The translations under genes were made by a program, and so were the position numbers. The notes beneath the pieces are model-generated. The model was not told where the DNA came from. It made no database searches and saw only the letters and a list, made by a program, of their open reading frames with translations. From Octopus bimaculoides (taxonomy: Eukaryota): a stretch of 64,000 bases of DNA. The stretch spans positions 96,651,082-96,715,081 of the forward strand of contig NC_068987.1 in NCBI RefSeq assembly GCF_001194135.2, read 5' to 3'. How positions within the stretch are numbered: the first letter of the stretch is position 1; each line of letters starts with the position of its first letter. This document shows, one piece after another, positions 38,645 through 51,655 of this stretch.

Positions 38645-38645
<1 letters not shown>
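37923..38645 (+). mobile_element. Candidate pogo/Tigger-like left end with TATA promoter, leader intron and transposase-like N-terminus
   Basis: CAGTGGTGACTC after a (TA)n tract; TATAAAA at 38382-38388; CAG|gtgaca...aacttag intron 38420-38547; ATG at 38550 giving MEKRHSAKYKKISQLGLEIKRETVKFFEQ, cut off by a TA microsatellite. Confidence 0.4.
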
Positions 38646-38680
<35 letters not shown>

Positions 38681-40687
38681 CATCATCATCAACATTATTG
38701 TTGTTGCATCCATGTTTCCATGCTTGAATTGGTCAAACGAAATTTGTTGAGGCAGATATTCTGCAGCTGGATGCTTTTCTTGTTGTGAAGCCCCACCTGT
38801 TCCCAAGCAAAGTAAGTTTTATCCTTGTCCTTTGAACACAAATAGAATAATGACTGGTAATGTTTTCACAGTCGATTGCAAATGAATAACACCACTTGTA
38901 TATTAATGATATTAGTTTACAATTAGCATACAATGTCCTTCACCATCCAAGTTTCACTACCATACATCCTTTTAGCTGCTGATGTGTTATTGCAAAACAT
39001 TCTGGACTTTGCATGCCCTCTACCGCAATTGTACACGTTTCACTACCATAGTCTTCTCAGTTACTACATGCCTTACTACCTCCACAGTACAGTTCTAACT
39101 ACTACCATACACCTTGACAACTCTGATACATAGATATTATATAGTGTCTTGATATTTCACAGGGAGAAAATGAGTAAGAAAGAAAGAGAGGGGGGGGGTG
39201 ATAGTAAGAGGGAAAGAGAGTGAAAGTGTATGGAATAAAGAGAATGAGATATAAAAGAGAAAAGGAGAAAATTTAATCAAGAGAGAAGAAAAAAAGAAGA
39301 GTGAAAGAGAGAGATGCTTGTTTCAGGCATGGGTGTAATTTCTTTATAAGCTTCTGCCCACTCTATACTCACTTATATAAGAGGGAATTATATTTAATAA
39401 CTATACAAAGCCAAGTTTAACTTGATGTTATAAGGATTTAACAATTCATTAATTTAGTGATGTCATTAAAGCTAATCCTGAAACAACACAAAAGATATCA
39501 GCCCACTTCTTCTTTTTCAGCGATGAGTGAAATGTTTTATTAAATCCACAGCTTTCTGTGTAGCCCAGTTACATATTAATGCATCCAACAGACAAATATG
39601 TTTATATTAGGGTTGCACATTTGCATAAATATTACACTTGCACAAATATCTATATAGTTAATGTATGTGTGTGCACATACCTGTACAAAATCATACACAC
39701 ATAAAGACAGCATAGAAAAACAGGTGAATAAAAATAAAATAGTAGATGTTTGCATAGAGATAATGAAGAAATACAATCACACTTAATTTTAGCATGTGTA
39801 CAATGACAGTGAAAGTAATACATCTGTATGAGTAGGCATACAAGAAAGAAGAGTTAAAAACATTGATAAGTGCATACAAATATATATCCATCATCATCAT
39901 AACCATCATTATCATCATCATTTGATTGTCCATGCTTGCCTGGCTCAGACAGAATTCATTGAGGCAGATTTTCTATGATCTGATGTCATTCCTGTCACCA
40001 CTTGTTTCTTAGCAAGATAATATTTCCACATGACCAGACATGTTTTGATAGAAGATTGGAAATGAATGAGACTGTTTTTATGAGGATGACACTACAACTA
40101 TCACATATCACACAATGTCAAGACAATGAAGTACCAACACACACACACACACACACACACCACACACACATGCACAATGAATTCTGGTTGGCTGATGAAA
40201 CTATAGTAGAAAACACTTCCCCCAAGGTGCCATGCAATGGAACTAAACCTGAAACCTCTTGGTTGACAGGCAAACTTCTTAACCATAAGCATAAAAAGAT
40301 TCTTATATGCACAGATAGCAATTTGGCAGAATCATTTGAAGGTTGAATAGAATACCTTGTGGTATTTGTTCTGACTCTCTACATTCAGAGGTCTAATCCT
40401 GCAGAATCCAACTTTGCCTTTTATCCTTTCCTCATCTAGTTGACAAGACATAAATACAAAGTAAATGATGAATTTAAAATATTATATTTCAGGAAGGTCA
40501 TTTGAAAAATTTTTTTGCCAAATAAACACATACACTATATATTTATTCTTCATTTCAGCTTTGCAAAACAAATACAAAAACATAAGAAAATAAAATAATC
40601 ATTTACCAATTCAGTTTTCTTTTTGACCTTTCAACAACTATATTAAATATCACCTGTTTTAAAATTTTTTAATCTATTTAACATGAA

Positions 40688-40770
40688 ATGGTATAAAGTT
40701 ATCCATAGATATCCAATGGTATATCCAATGGTATATCCAATGGTATATTCAATGGTATAAAGTTATCCAT
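40688..40770. repeat. Local 12-bp tandem repeat (atatccaatggt) bracketed by duplicated atggtataaagttatccatag
   Basis: Direct reading, immediately 5' of a SINE. Confidence 0.85.
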
Positions 40771-40936
40771 AGGCACAGGAGCGGCTGTGTGGTAAGTAGC
40801 TTGCTTACCAACCACATGGTTCCGGGTTCAGTCCCACTGCGTGGCACTTTGGGCAAGTGTCTTCTACTATAGCCTTGGGCCGACCAAAGCCTTGTGAGTG
40901 GATTTGATAGATGGAAACTGAAAGAAGCCCGTCGTA

Positions 40937-40986
<50 letters not shown>

Positions 40987-41192
40987 TGTATGTGTGTTTG
41001 TCCCCCCACCATCGTTTGACAACTGATGCTGGTGTGTTTACTTCCCCATAACTTAGCGGTTCGGCAAAAAGAGACCGATAGAATAAGTACTAGGCTTCCA
41101 AAGAATAAGTACTGGGGTCGATTTTCTCCAGCATGGTGGTGCTCCAGCATGGCCGCAGTCAAATGACTGAAACAAGTAAAAGAGTAAAAGAG
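40771..41192 (+). mobile_element. Full-length young tRNA-head SINE family A
   Basis: ggctgtgtggtaag head, gggttcagtccc B-box, central (TA)n, tail ggccgcagtcaaatgactgaaacaagtaaaaga. Confidence 0.92.
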
Positions 41193-41224
41193 ATATATTT
41201 CAGCTTCTGGAGTATGCCATGGCA

Positions 41225-41575
41225 CTCTTTCTTCTCATGAGATGTGCAATCTCCTCTATCCCTCTGCTTTTTCTACCACAACTATAATAGCCTGTTTCTT
41301 GGAGATGGTTGGGTTCATACTTCCTGCCTTCAGGCATTCTTGATTCATTTGTCTCCCCTCCTTTCATCACCATTGTTGTGTCCAACCTAGCAGGTTTTAC
41401 ACTAATAACTATCCACAACCCTTCATTCTCAGAATGTTGGCTCAGAAGAATTCCCTGCCTTCTGCTCATGTCTTTCTCATGAGTATTGACTTATTAAGGT
41501 TCAAGAAAAACATTAATAGCATCAATCACAGGGAGCCAGCTTAAGCCCCTTCCTCTAGACCCAACAAGTAAAAGA
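41225..41575 (+). mobile_element. CR1/L2-group LINE 3' remnant
   Basis: Degenerate match to LFYRYY.G.CS.EL...P..RHSR.TR..S.HHH.V....RT..Y..SF.PR....NSLP..VFP...DL..FK..IN. Confidence 0.55.
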
Positions 41576-43669
41576 AAGTAAACAATATAAGCATCATCCT
41601 CATCATCATTTAACGTCCACTTTCCATACTGGCATGGGTTGGATGGCTTGACAAGAACTGATAAGGTCAAAGGCTTCGTTTCTACAGCCGGATGCCCTTC
41701 CTAACACCAACCACTTTACAGAGTGTATCGAGTTCTTTTTATGTGAGACCATCACCAGTGCTTTTTAAGTGGCACCAACCCTAGTGCTTTTTATGTGGCA
41801 CTAGTATCTACCTCAATGCTTTTTATGTTGCACCTTGTTTTTAAGATCTCAATTCTGTTGTGGTGGGCAGGTTTTCTTGTCACATATCTCAGTCCCCTGT
41901 CATCTCCTTCATATGATTCAGCATTTTGAGATCAGCCTGCAATACTTTTTTTTATCTATATCTGGGGCTATAGGTAAAATGGATATTTTCGACATTTTTC
42001 TGCTGAATTTTTTTCTATAAAGACACTGTTATAATATACCACTTGCACTAAAGTGGATCTGTCCCTTCCCTTCATGCACTAAGCACATGCTTACATTATT
42101 TAATGATGAGTCAAGAACTGAGTGTGTACATCCACTAGATACAAACATTGTTGAAGTAGATGGTCATGCAGAGGCTGTTCTCTCAATATACTTTTGTATT
42201 AATGGTATTTCTTCAAAGTGGCATGGAGAGAACAGATTTGTTGAATGACATCTTGCGAGTAACTTCAACACTACCTTATCTAACTGACAGGCACACACAC
42301 ACACACACACACATCGCTATCAATATCATTTAATGTCGATTTTCCATACTGGTAAGGGTTGGACAGTTTGACAAGATCCAGCGAGTCGCTGGGCTGTGTC
42401 AAGCTCCAATGTCAGCTTTAGTATGATTTCTATGGCTGGATGCATTTTATGTCAACCACTTTACAGAGTGTACTGGGTGCTTTTGTCATACCACCAACAT
42501 TAGTGAGGTTACCGAGTAATTATATATATGTATGTGCATGTGTATCATCATCATCATTTAATGTCCATCTAACATGCATCATATCATCATTGTTATTTTA
42601 CACTTACTTTTCATGCTGGCATGGGTTTGACAATTTGACGGTCCAATGCATTGATGAATGCCAGTTTGCTTCAATACCTCTTTCACTGCTGGAAGCCTTT
42701 TCTAAAAGCAATCACCTTACAGAGAAAATTAACACACAAATATGCATGCACACACACACACACACACAAATATGCATACACATATATATTATACATTTAT
42801 TTGCATACCTACATATATATACTAACACACAAGCATACATTTTAATCAGTGATGTTTTACAAATGTACACTTGTGCATTGTATTTCTTCAAATGTCTGCA
42901 AAGCTCACAGACAATGCTGTTTCTTCTGGCTAATTGATAAAATCAAGACAGCCAAACGTTTGGACATTGTACAAGAAGTCAGGAGAGACAGACTGACAGA
43001 GAAAAGGTATCAGTTGCATAGGAGAGACTTAAAGGACAAAGATTAAAAGAGTGGAAGAAGAACCAACAGAGCAAAAAAAAAAAATGAGAAAGTTAACAGG
43101 AATTATTGGATATGTCTAACATGAAGGATTACTATGATAAAATATTTAAAAACAAGTATTTCTAAATGACATTCATGAAATTACGTGCATGTGACATTAT
43201 GTCTCTACTTAAGATAAACTAGTTTGTCATCATAAAATGAAAATTATGACAGGATGTAGGGAAGTAATTGAGTTCAACATTGATATTTTTATTTGCTTCT
43301 TTTAACAAAGAATATGCATCATCATATGTATCTCACTAACAACTAATTCCAGTTATTCTAGCTAAAAAGTCAATCTGAGGCCCAGATTTTTATCTTGCAG
43401 CCCACTTGATACTTTCTTGAAGTATTGTGTTATAAGTGGCAATAAAGCTATAGCCTACAATTTTATAATTTTAAACAAACAAAAAGTATGAAAAATTCTT
43501 GGTTCTGTAATTTGATTATTTGACTATCAGCGCATATGATGATGCATATTCTTCATTAAAAGAAGCAAATAAAAGTATCAACGAAGAACTCAATTACTTC
43601 CCTCCATATTTGTCATAATTTTCATTTTATGACTATAAAATAGAGTTTATCTTAAGTAGAGACATAATG

Positions 43670-44052
43670 TCACATGGATGGCAGGCTCTTCAATCTCACA
43701 CATCCCCATGCAAAGATGAGGGTTTCTGCCATCTCAGTCCATGAAGTGCAATATGCTGACGACAATGCCACTCCGAGCTGGACTGTAGATGGCCTACAAA
43801 GGACAGCCGATCTTTACAATGTGGCTTACGAATGCTTTGCAGGTAAACACATTAAAGATCAAGACACTGATCCAACCTGCACCAGGCCAGAACAGTCCAC
43901 TCACAAACATTAGCATCAACGACCAACCCCTAAAAGAAGTTGAACACTTCATATACCTTGGAAGTATCCTTTTGAAAGCCCCCACATGTGAAAAAGACAT
44001 GGAGAACTGGATTGGGGTGGCCCACTCTGCTTTTGGCAGACTCAGCCAACGT
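43670..44052 (+). mobile_element. BovB-like RTE reverse-transcriptase fragment
   Basis: DGRLFNLTH..AK..VHEVQYADDNA..LQR; ISINDQPLKEVEHFIYLGSIL..DMENWIGVAHSAFGRLSQRV. Abuts an antisense SINE-A head at 44055-44150. Confidence 0.9.
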
Positions 44053-44419
44053 GTTATAGTAGAAGACACTTGCCCAAGGTACCACGCAGTGGGACTGAAC
44101 CAGGAACCATGTGGTTGGGAAGCAAGCTTCTTACCACATAGCCATGCCTCTTCATAACTTTTTAAAAACTGAGTAATTTTTGAATAAATTTTTCTGTAAA
44201 TATCTTTCAGATGGTGTAGTTTATGGTTATGTCAGGATTTAAAGTGAAAAAACTATAAAAAAATTAGTGGGCATCCACACATATATACTGACATAATTTT
44301 TTCAAAATTTCAAGTTTCATTTTGTAGATACAGCGTATACATGATGTATGTCAGTGTGCTCATCCATCAATTTTTCCCCACATTAAATTCCAATACAAAG
44401 TCAAGGGAGCAGGGCATAC

Positions 44420-44539
44420 TTGTGTAGTAATGCCAAACGTATTGTATATGTAAGCTATCTTTGAGGAGATTTTGTTGTATTTCTGTATCACTTTTAACTT
44501 TTCTCCATCTCTCATTGCCCTGAAGATTATGGTTCAGAT
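44420..44539 (-). other. Candidate 120-nt exon of a minus-strand transcript
   Basis: gcatttttattttccag acceptor, CAA|gtatgc donor, one open frame (LNHNLQGNERWRKVKSDTEIQQNLLKDS...). No homology recognised. Confidence 0.3.
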
Positions 44540-44768
44540 CTGGAAAATAAAAATGCCAACTATTACCATAATTACCTCCCTTCGTCTTGTCATAACTTTT
44601 ATGACAGAGCAAAAATGGTGCTTATATTATGCAAATGTTATTAAACTTATTAAATGATTTCACTTTATTTTAGGACATGTATTTCTTTTCACTTATTCTT
44701 GAATAACACTTCGCGAACTCAACTCTAAATTTTCGAATAGCCTGCTGCCGATGCTACTTATTTTACTT

Positions 44769-44882
44769 TCTTTAGAATTACATGTAATACTGCTATAGCT
44801 CCCATTCACAAGTACTAGTATCACTCTTATTAAATAATACAGATTCTAGTAGCGATAGCAGGAGCATATGTAATTCTAAAGA
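44769..44882. repeat. Imperfect palindrome / MITE-like hairpin
   Basis: Arms tctttagaatttacat..ctgctatagct and agcgatagcag..atgtaattctaaaga. Confidence 0.6.
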
Positions 44883-45399
44883 CGACGGAGTAAGTGGCGT
44901 CGACAGCAGGATATTAACATTTTTGCTGTTACTGATTTTGGTGCAAGCTATAAATTTTAAAGCAGGGGATTAGTAAGTGAATTCGACCTCGAAATCGATG
45001 ATTCTAAATAGTGCCATCGTTTCTGGCGCGTTTTTCAAAGGGATATAACCAAATTGTGCAAGGTTTTTGTAACTGCTGCTACTAATACGAACTAGAGAGG
45101 AATCTTCTGTAAGCTGCTCGATCTGTTAGAAGTAACAGCCAATAATCCATTAAACCACACCCCACAATCTAAAACAAAAATAATAATAATAATAACTGAA
45201 ATAAAAATAATAAGAAAAAGACTGGAACGCATTTGCTTTCTCTGCGTGACATCTTAAGCTATTTTCTCCAGCCTCGAGTTGACTTATACCATCTAAGAGA
45301 AACTAGGTAGACAGAAAATATATGCTAGCCCAGTGATGGGAAAACTAAGACTGGCAGGACTTTCTGCATGGTACGCAAACGAAAAATTATTTCAAATTT

Positions 45400-45950
45400 C
45401 TTTATTTAGTAGTGCGGCCCGCTACTCGACAAAGGTCACCCATACCTGTGCAGCTTCGAGTTGACCTACAACTTGTAAGTGAAACTACGTAAACGAAAAC
45501 TATATACCTAACCCATCGGGTAGATTGTGCTTGTAATTCAAAATTCCTGCCTTGTCGCGTTCTACGTGTGCTACACCGATTCTGCCTGAGAATCACGATA
45601 AAGATACATGAAAATGTGGAATGCTCAGCCACACTTTAATACAGAAACAGACCCTGCTGACCGTACAATTGAATCGTAATTGTCGAACGACGGAGATCCA
45701 ACAGAATCACCGCCTCTCCTACTACTACTAAAAATTTTCAAACACTACTACTACTACCGCCACGAACATTTCGCAAGCAGTTACCTAACTTGTTTATCTG
45801 TCCTCTTTTATCCTCCTCGCCCAAATTCCATTCGTGGATTTCAAAAAAGAAACTGACATATACACACACGTTTCAACTAAGAAATTTCGATTCCATGGAC
45901 CAAAGACTGCATCATATCTGTACAGTGAGGTAAGAAGAGGTTCATAAAGA
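45400..45950. promoter_or_regulatory. CpG-rich, probably bidirectional promoter region
   Basis: Dense CpG. Outward-facing donors: minus CAG|gtatgg at 45446/45445 and plus GAG|gtaaga at 45929/45930. Confidence 0.55.
45895..45929 (+). other. End of candidate first exon of a plus-strand gene (possible start MDQRLHHICTV, or uATG in 5' UTR)
   Basis: ATG at 45895; strong donor at 45930. Confidence 0.35.
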
Positions 45951-48087
45951 ACCACGCCGGCATCGCACCCTTCACTTCCCTGTGTGTTGTTGTTGTAGAG
46001 TATACACACACGTATATGTAAATACCCCGTAAGTACACACTTAATCCTATCGTTTTGCAAAGTATAAATGTATATATATATATATGTTGCAACTCACTCT
46101 AGATTCCGTTTGTATACTTTGTAATTCTCCGTTCTACCACCAACTGCGTGTGTGTATGTATACATACATACATGCATATATATACATACGCGCAGACACA
46201 ACTACATATATAATTTTTATTGACAGTTACTTCGAAGTTTTACCAAATGTCTAGCTTAACTGGGGAAGCCAGACACATACAGCAAAACTTTAATGCCACT
46301 GTCAATAAAATTAATATCAATATTGATTCTGCACTTGGATTAAATCCGTTATTTACTTAATATCCGCTGTTTTCATAGACTTTAAAATTATATATAAATA
46401 TCCAGCCACATAGATATTTACGTCCGTAAGAATCTTTTGCTTACATGTATATAGTTCCTTTTTATGGGACTCCGGCTCACTATTATCGCACGCTATGATA
46501 AGACTAAAGATAAAGAACTCAATAACGGTATAGGGTATATGCAATTGATGTCAATAATCTGGAAACCGGCTGGCTGTAGTTTAATCAAGACTGACCAATA
46601 TATATATATATATAGTATTAGGGAAAAGAACCAAGGTTTATGAACTCATCGATGAAAATCCACTGTCACATATAGAAAAAATTTATAATTAAAAGTACAA
46701 TAAATAAGTATAATATAATACAAAGTAAATATCATAAGATCAAGATAATATATATATATATAAATGTGTAACGCTTCTGTATTGAGTTTGATATTCACTT
46801 TATATTGTTTGGGTGTGCATATTATTGCGACCTAACAAGGTGCCTCAATTTAAGGGCAAAAGTNNNNNNNNNNNNNNNNNNNNNNNNNNNNNNNNNNNNN
46901 NNNNNNNNNNNNNNNNNNNNNNNNNNNNNNNNNNNNNNNNNNNNNNNNNNNNNNNNNNNNNNNNNNNNNNNNNNNNNNNNNNNNNNNNNNNNNNNNNNNN
47001 NNNNNNNNNNNNNNNNNNNNNNNNNNNNNNNNNNNNNNNNNNNNNNNNNNNNNNNNNNNNNNNNNNNNNNNNNNNNNNNNNNNNNNNNNNNNNNNNNNNN
47101 NNATATATTTATATATATATATATGAGGTAAAGAAGAAAATGGAAAAATTAACATGCAGACATCAGCTTATTTAATTTCATTATATCTATTTGAATATCT
47201 TTAAATAAACTGATGTTTGCATGTCAATTTCTCCATTTTCTTCTTTCCCTCATTCATAAATATCTTAAATGCATATATATATATGTGTGTGTGTGTATGT
47301 GTGTATGTATCAATACAAAACTAATATATTTAGTTTACACTAAACAGGAGAACTAGGATGCTAGCATCCTTTAAAGGATTATAGGACCTTAATGTGAATA
47401 TGTGCATATATATGTACTTCCCAAAGTTTGCCATTATATATATAACCATGTGTATATGTATAATTGTAGATTCATGTCTATATACTAATATTTAATGTCC
47501 ATTTCCTCATGTTGGCGACCTTTACACACACACACACACGCACAATATATATATATACCCGGCACTGTCTCGGCTGAAAAGTAAATGTTTGTAATGAAGT
47601 CGTATTCAGTTTAATAGAACGCTATTGAATTTATTGCTATCTAATGCAGGAATGCCTGATGCACTGTGTTACAGATACATACCCAATAATATATTTCATA
47701 ATCTGTATAAATGACATTTTGTCCAACTATATTCAAGAACACAGAATTGAGTAAATGAAAGAAAAAACAAACATTTATTTCATTTTTAAAAAATTCATGA
47801 TCGCCTTTAATTCTCAAAATAATTGGAAAATGAATAGAAAGTATGTTTTTCCATGATAGCAATGGTTGAACAACAGAATTTTTATGGACAGATGTCCTTC
47901 CTGTAGTCCAAACATACCTATTTTCTTCAGTAGAAGAATTTTAATCCCAGAGCTAGCGGGCGATTTGCTAACAGGAAATGTCAATAAACAAGCATCACTG
48001 GTTGCAGCCCAGCCACAAATGGTGATGTAACTACTTGTAGCATAGCTCCCTACAGATGTAAACATTCACACAGAAGCACACGTGCTT

Positions 48088-48107
48088 CCTCTCTCTCTCT
48101 TTCTCTA

Positions 48108-48177
<70 letters not shown>

Positions 48178-48179
48178 TC
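48088..48179. repeat. (CT)n microsatellite
   Basis: Direct reading. Confidence 0.97.
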
Positions 48180-48239
48180 ATACAAATAATAAATGAGTAT
48201 ATGCATATATACGTACATGTATGTACATACCTACATCTA

Positions 48240-48392
48240 CCTGTATATATAGATGCATATCTGGATACAGCACATTACAAACAAAGCGTAGACAAAATGA
48301 TAAATGAGTACAGAAAACACACAGGCCACAATAGAGAACATCTCCTTCATCAGCTGCCCCCATTCTAACACAGGCGTTTCGAAGAGTAGTGC

Positions 48393-48400
<8 letters not shown>
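48240..48400 (-). mobile_element. Penelope-like terminal-repeat remnant
   Basis: Minus strand CGAAACgcc...gcagCTGATGAaggagatgttctc; the cores are in the wrong order for a complete ribozyme. Confidence 0.35.
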
Positions 48401-48425
<25 letters not shown>

Positions 48426-48439
48426 GCGGGATCACTGCC

Positions 48440-48846
48440 AGAGCAGCTATCAGGCTTCCGTGCCGGTCGCACATAAAAAGCACCATTTGAGCGTGATCAT
48501 TACCAGCGTTGCCTTACTGGCACTTGTGTCGGTGGCATGTGAGCAAAACATTCGAGCGAGGTCATTGCCAGTGCCGCTGGACTGACTCCTGTGCAGGTGG
48601 CACGTAAAAAACACCATTTGAGTGTGGCTGTTGCCAGTTCCGCCAGACTGGCCTTTGTGCCAGTGGCACGTAAAAGCACCCACTACACTCGGAGTGGTTG
48701 GCGTTAGGAAGGGCATCCAGCTGTAGAAACTCTGCCAGATCAGATTGGACCCTGGTGCAGCCATCTGGTTCGCCAGTCCTCAGTCAAATTGTCCAACCCA
48801 TGCTAGCATGGAAAGCAGATGTTAAACGATGATGATGATGATGATG
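48440..48846 (+). mobile_element. RTE 3'-tail family B with four ~60-bp subrepeats and (GAT)n end
   Basis: Repeated gtggcacgtaaaaagcaccatttgag..gccagt..actggc units, then the family tail. Confidence 0.9.
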
Positions 48847-49229
48847 AATGTGCTGCTTTCAGTTTGTCTTCCATATTCCATCACAAGGCATTAGTCAGCC
48901 TGGGGCTATAGTAGAAGACAGTGCTCATGGTACTGCACAGTTGGACTTAGCCTGATGCCACATGGTTGATAAGTGAGTTTCTGAACCACAGTTATAACTG
49001 AACCCACAACTATGCCTGTAGGTGCAGACATAGCTGTGTGGTTTCCATGCTCTGGAAACATCACTCTTATAATATGAAGAAATCAGAGTGCATTGAGGAG
49101 ACCTACAGATGCAAATATTGGAACTGCAATACATGCTGTGATAAAGAAATTACATTAAGAGTTGCAGTGGAACCCAGCTTGTATGATATAAGTAACCATT
49201 GTAGCCTTGAGAATTCTGAACATTGTCAT

Positions 49230-49705
49230 GTCAGCACCTCAAGAGGTATAATGTTTTTTTTTTTAATTTTATTTTACCAATCAACATATAAATAACAAGA
49301 TTATAGAAACTTCCAACTTGAGCATCCCACATAGAATTGGTCATTATTAAAACCATTCTTCAAGATGCAGTCCAACATGTCAGTGTTTGTTCTTGGCTTT
49401 ATTGATTGACATGGCAATGCTTAGCTGTTCTGCAAATTGAAGTCTCCTAAATCAAAAGGGCATGTTCATATATAATTTGCACCTTTTCTTTTGGTGCACC
49501 AAGTGAGTCTAGTAATCCTGATGACATATGGTATAAGCTTCATTTATTTTACTCCATTGCATCACCACAGTGGTCTATGTTATGTAGCAACATTATTGGA
49601 GATCCTCCTTTTTATTTACTGCCATCTGTAGTGCAGTTGGTCTAACTGAAGGATAATGAATGTGAACTATTTCTTCCTGACCTAGGAAAGTGGATGTTAA
49701 AATGT
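49230..49705 (-). mobile_element. Helitron PIF1-type helicase C-terminal remnant
   Basis: Minus translation MPF*FRRLQF..LSIAMSINKA..HVGLHLEE..QFYVGCS matches the Helitron consensus FKRLQFPVRLAFAMSINKAQGQ..GQLYVGCSRV. Confidence 0.85.
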
Positions 49706-50137
49706 ATAAAAATTAGTAGTTTAATTCATGGACTATAATGTTTCATAAATATAACCCCGTACCAGTGGCACATAAAAAGCATCATTCATGTGTGGTCGAT
49801 GCCAGTACCACCTGACTGGCCCTCGTGTCGGTGGCATGTAAAAAGCACCCATTACACTCTTGGAGTGGTTGGCATTAGGAAGGGCATCAAGCTGTAGAAA
49901 CTTTGCCAGATTGGATTGGAGTCTGGTGCAGCCATCTGGCTTGCCAGCCCTCAGTCAAACCATCCAACCCATGCCAGCATGGAAAGTGGACGTTAAACAA
50001 CAATGATGATGAAACAGATTTAAATGTAAACCAGTTATGGGCAGATTGAATGCAGCATTGTGTTTGAAGTACAATGCTGCATGGTAATGAGACATGAGCT
50101 TTGAATACAGAGGATTTGCTAAAACTAGGAAGAAATA

Positions 50138-50229
50138 AATAATGGAGTACAAATGAGATGAAAGAAATGAATAATGGAGTACAAATGAGATGAAAGAAAT
50201 GAATAATGGAGTACAAATGAGATGAAAGA
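50138..50229. repeat. 32-bp minisatellite, about 3 copies
   Basis: Unit aataatggagtacaaatgagatgaaagaaatg; aatggag starts at 50141, 50173 and 50205. Confidence 0.95.
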
Positions 50230-50639
50230 AAAACTGGATGTATGAGGAATCATCTGTAGTGTGGTCAACAGAGGGTTATATAGATATGAGTATGAGATGC
50301 ATATAAATGATAACAGCTACCTGAAAAAGTGTGTATGTGTATATATTTTATCATCATCATCACTACCATCATCATTATTTAACATCTGCTTTGCATACTG
50401 TCATGGGTTGGATGGTTTGATAGGGTCTGACAAGTCAGGTTGAGCTCTAATATTTGCTTTGGCAAGATTTCTATGACTGAATGCCCTTCCTAATCCCAAC
50501 CACTTTACAGGGTGTACAGGGTGCTTTTTTTCATGGCACCAGCACTGGTGAGGTCAACAATCAGTTGCAAAACAAGGCCCCTTAACTGAGTGGGGTGCAA
50601 TATATTGATGTGGCTTTGTGCCAGGTGTTGAGAAGCTAA

Positions 50640-51000
50640 TGTATGATAGGAAGATAGGAACAGATGTCTTGTGGTTTAGGCGATAGATGGCTACTCAAGC
50701 AAGAAAGGGAGAAAGTATAGTGGAAATGAGATGCTAGGATGTACCTGCAAGGTACAAGAAGGTGGATAAAGTGAAAATAAGGACAGAGAATGAATGAAGG
50801 CTTGCTGGCTGGTGATTTTTTTGTGAGTGTGAAGGAGAGTAACAGATGGTTTGAGATGGGTATAGAGGTGATTGCAGTAAATGGTGAACATGGTAAGAGG
50901 CATGATCGATGGTGAATCTCAGTTTGCAGGGGAAAGTAAAGGAAAATAATACTGTGTCAGGAAAGAGGAGGTGGTAGGTTACATTACATAAAATGTGGGA
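50640..51000 (-). mobile_element. Old LINE 3' remnant (CR1/L2-group like) joined to a family B tail
   Basis: Pyrimidine-rich degenerate coding remnant continuing into gcaccc..acac..gtggttgggattaggaagggcat. Confidence 0.4.
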
Positions 51001-51123
51001 GAGGTGGAGAGCAACAGTATAATAAAACTATAGATAGATGAGAAATAGCGAGATGATGTGAAGAGCATTGCTTGTATGACATTGATATTCATTTACAACA
51101 ATCAAGTTTTGTCAAAGCAATGT

Positions 51124-51173
<50 letters not shown>

Positions 51174-51304
51174 CATATATGTTTGGGCTTCTTTCATTTT
51201 CTATCTGCCTTCATCAATAATAAATCTTTACCAACTGAAAGAAGTTGGTGGGTGGGCACACATGCATGGGTATGCCTACACACACACACACATACATACA
51301 TACA

Positions 51305-51655
51305 TGTAAACGCAATAGACCTGATATAATGATTTGGGATAGAGAAGAGAAGCTGTACAGTTGTGGAAATCATCTGCCCAATGGATGTTAACATAAAGCT
51401 GAAGATCAGTGAAAAAGAGAATACCTATGCTGAACTATCGATAAATCTGCAGTTGCTCTATCTAGATTACAAGTTCAGGTTTATATCTGCAATCATTGGG
51501 ACACTGGGATATGTAACACACTGCCTAAATACCAATCTTGAGAAATTAGGCTTCTCAAAACCAGAATTGAGAAAGCTGATTCGAAGACTAAAGACCCAAG
51601 CCATCACTGGAACTGCAAAAATCTGAAAAACTTTCCAGAAGTTTAACATTTAAGT
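51305..51655 (+). mobile_element. RLE-type non-LTR retrotransposon 3' end (same family as 27340-28075)
   Basis: NRPDIMIWDREEK..VVEIICPMDVN..EKENTYAEL..IIGTLGYV..LEKLGF..ITGTAKI. Confidence 0.88.

Noticed and set aside
40780-40835. tRNA gene
   Set aside because: A/B-box-like heads continue directly into SINE bodies and do not complete a cloverleaf. No tRNA, rRNA or CRISPR array is supported anywhere in the window.
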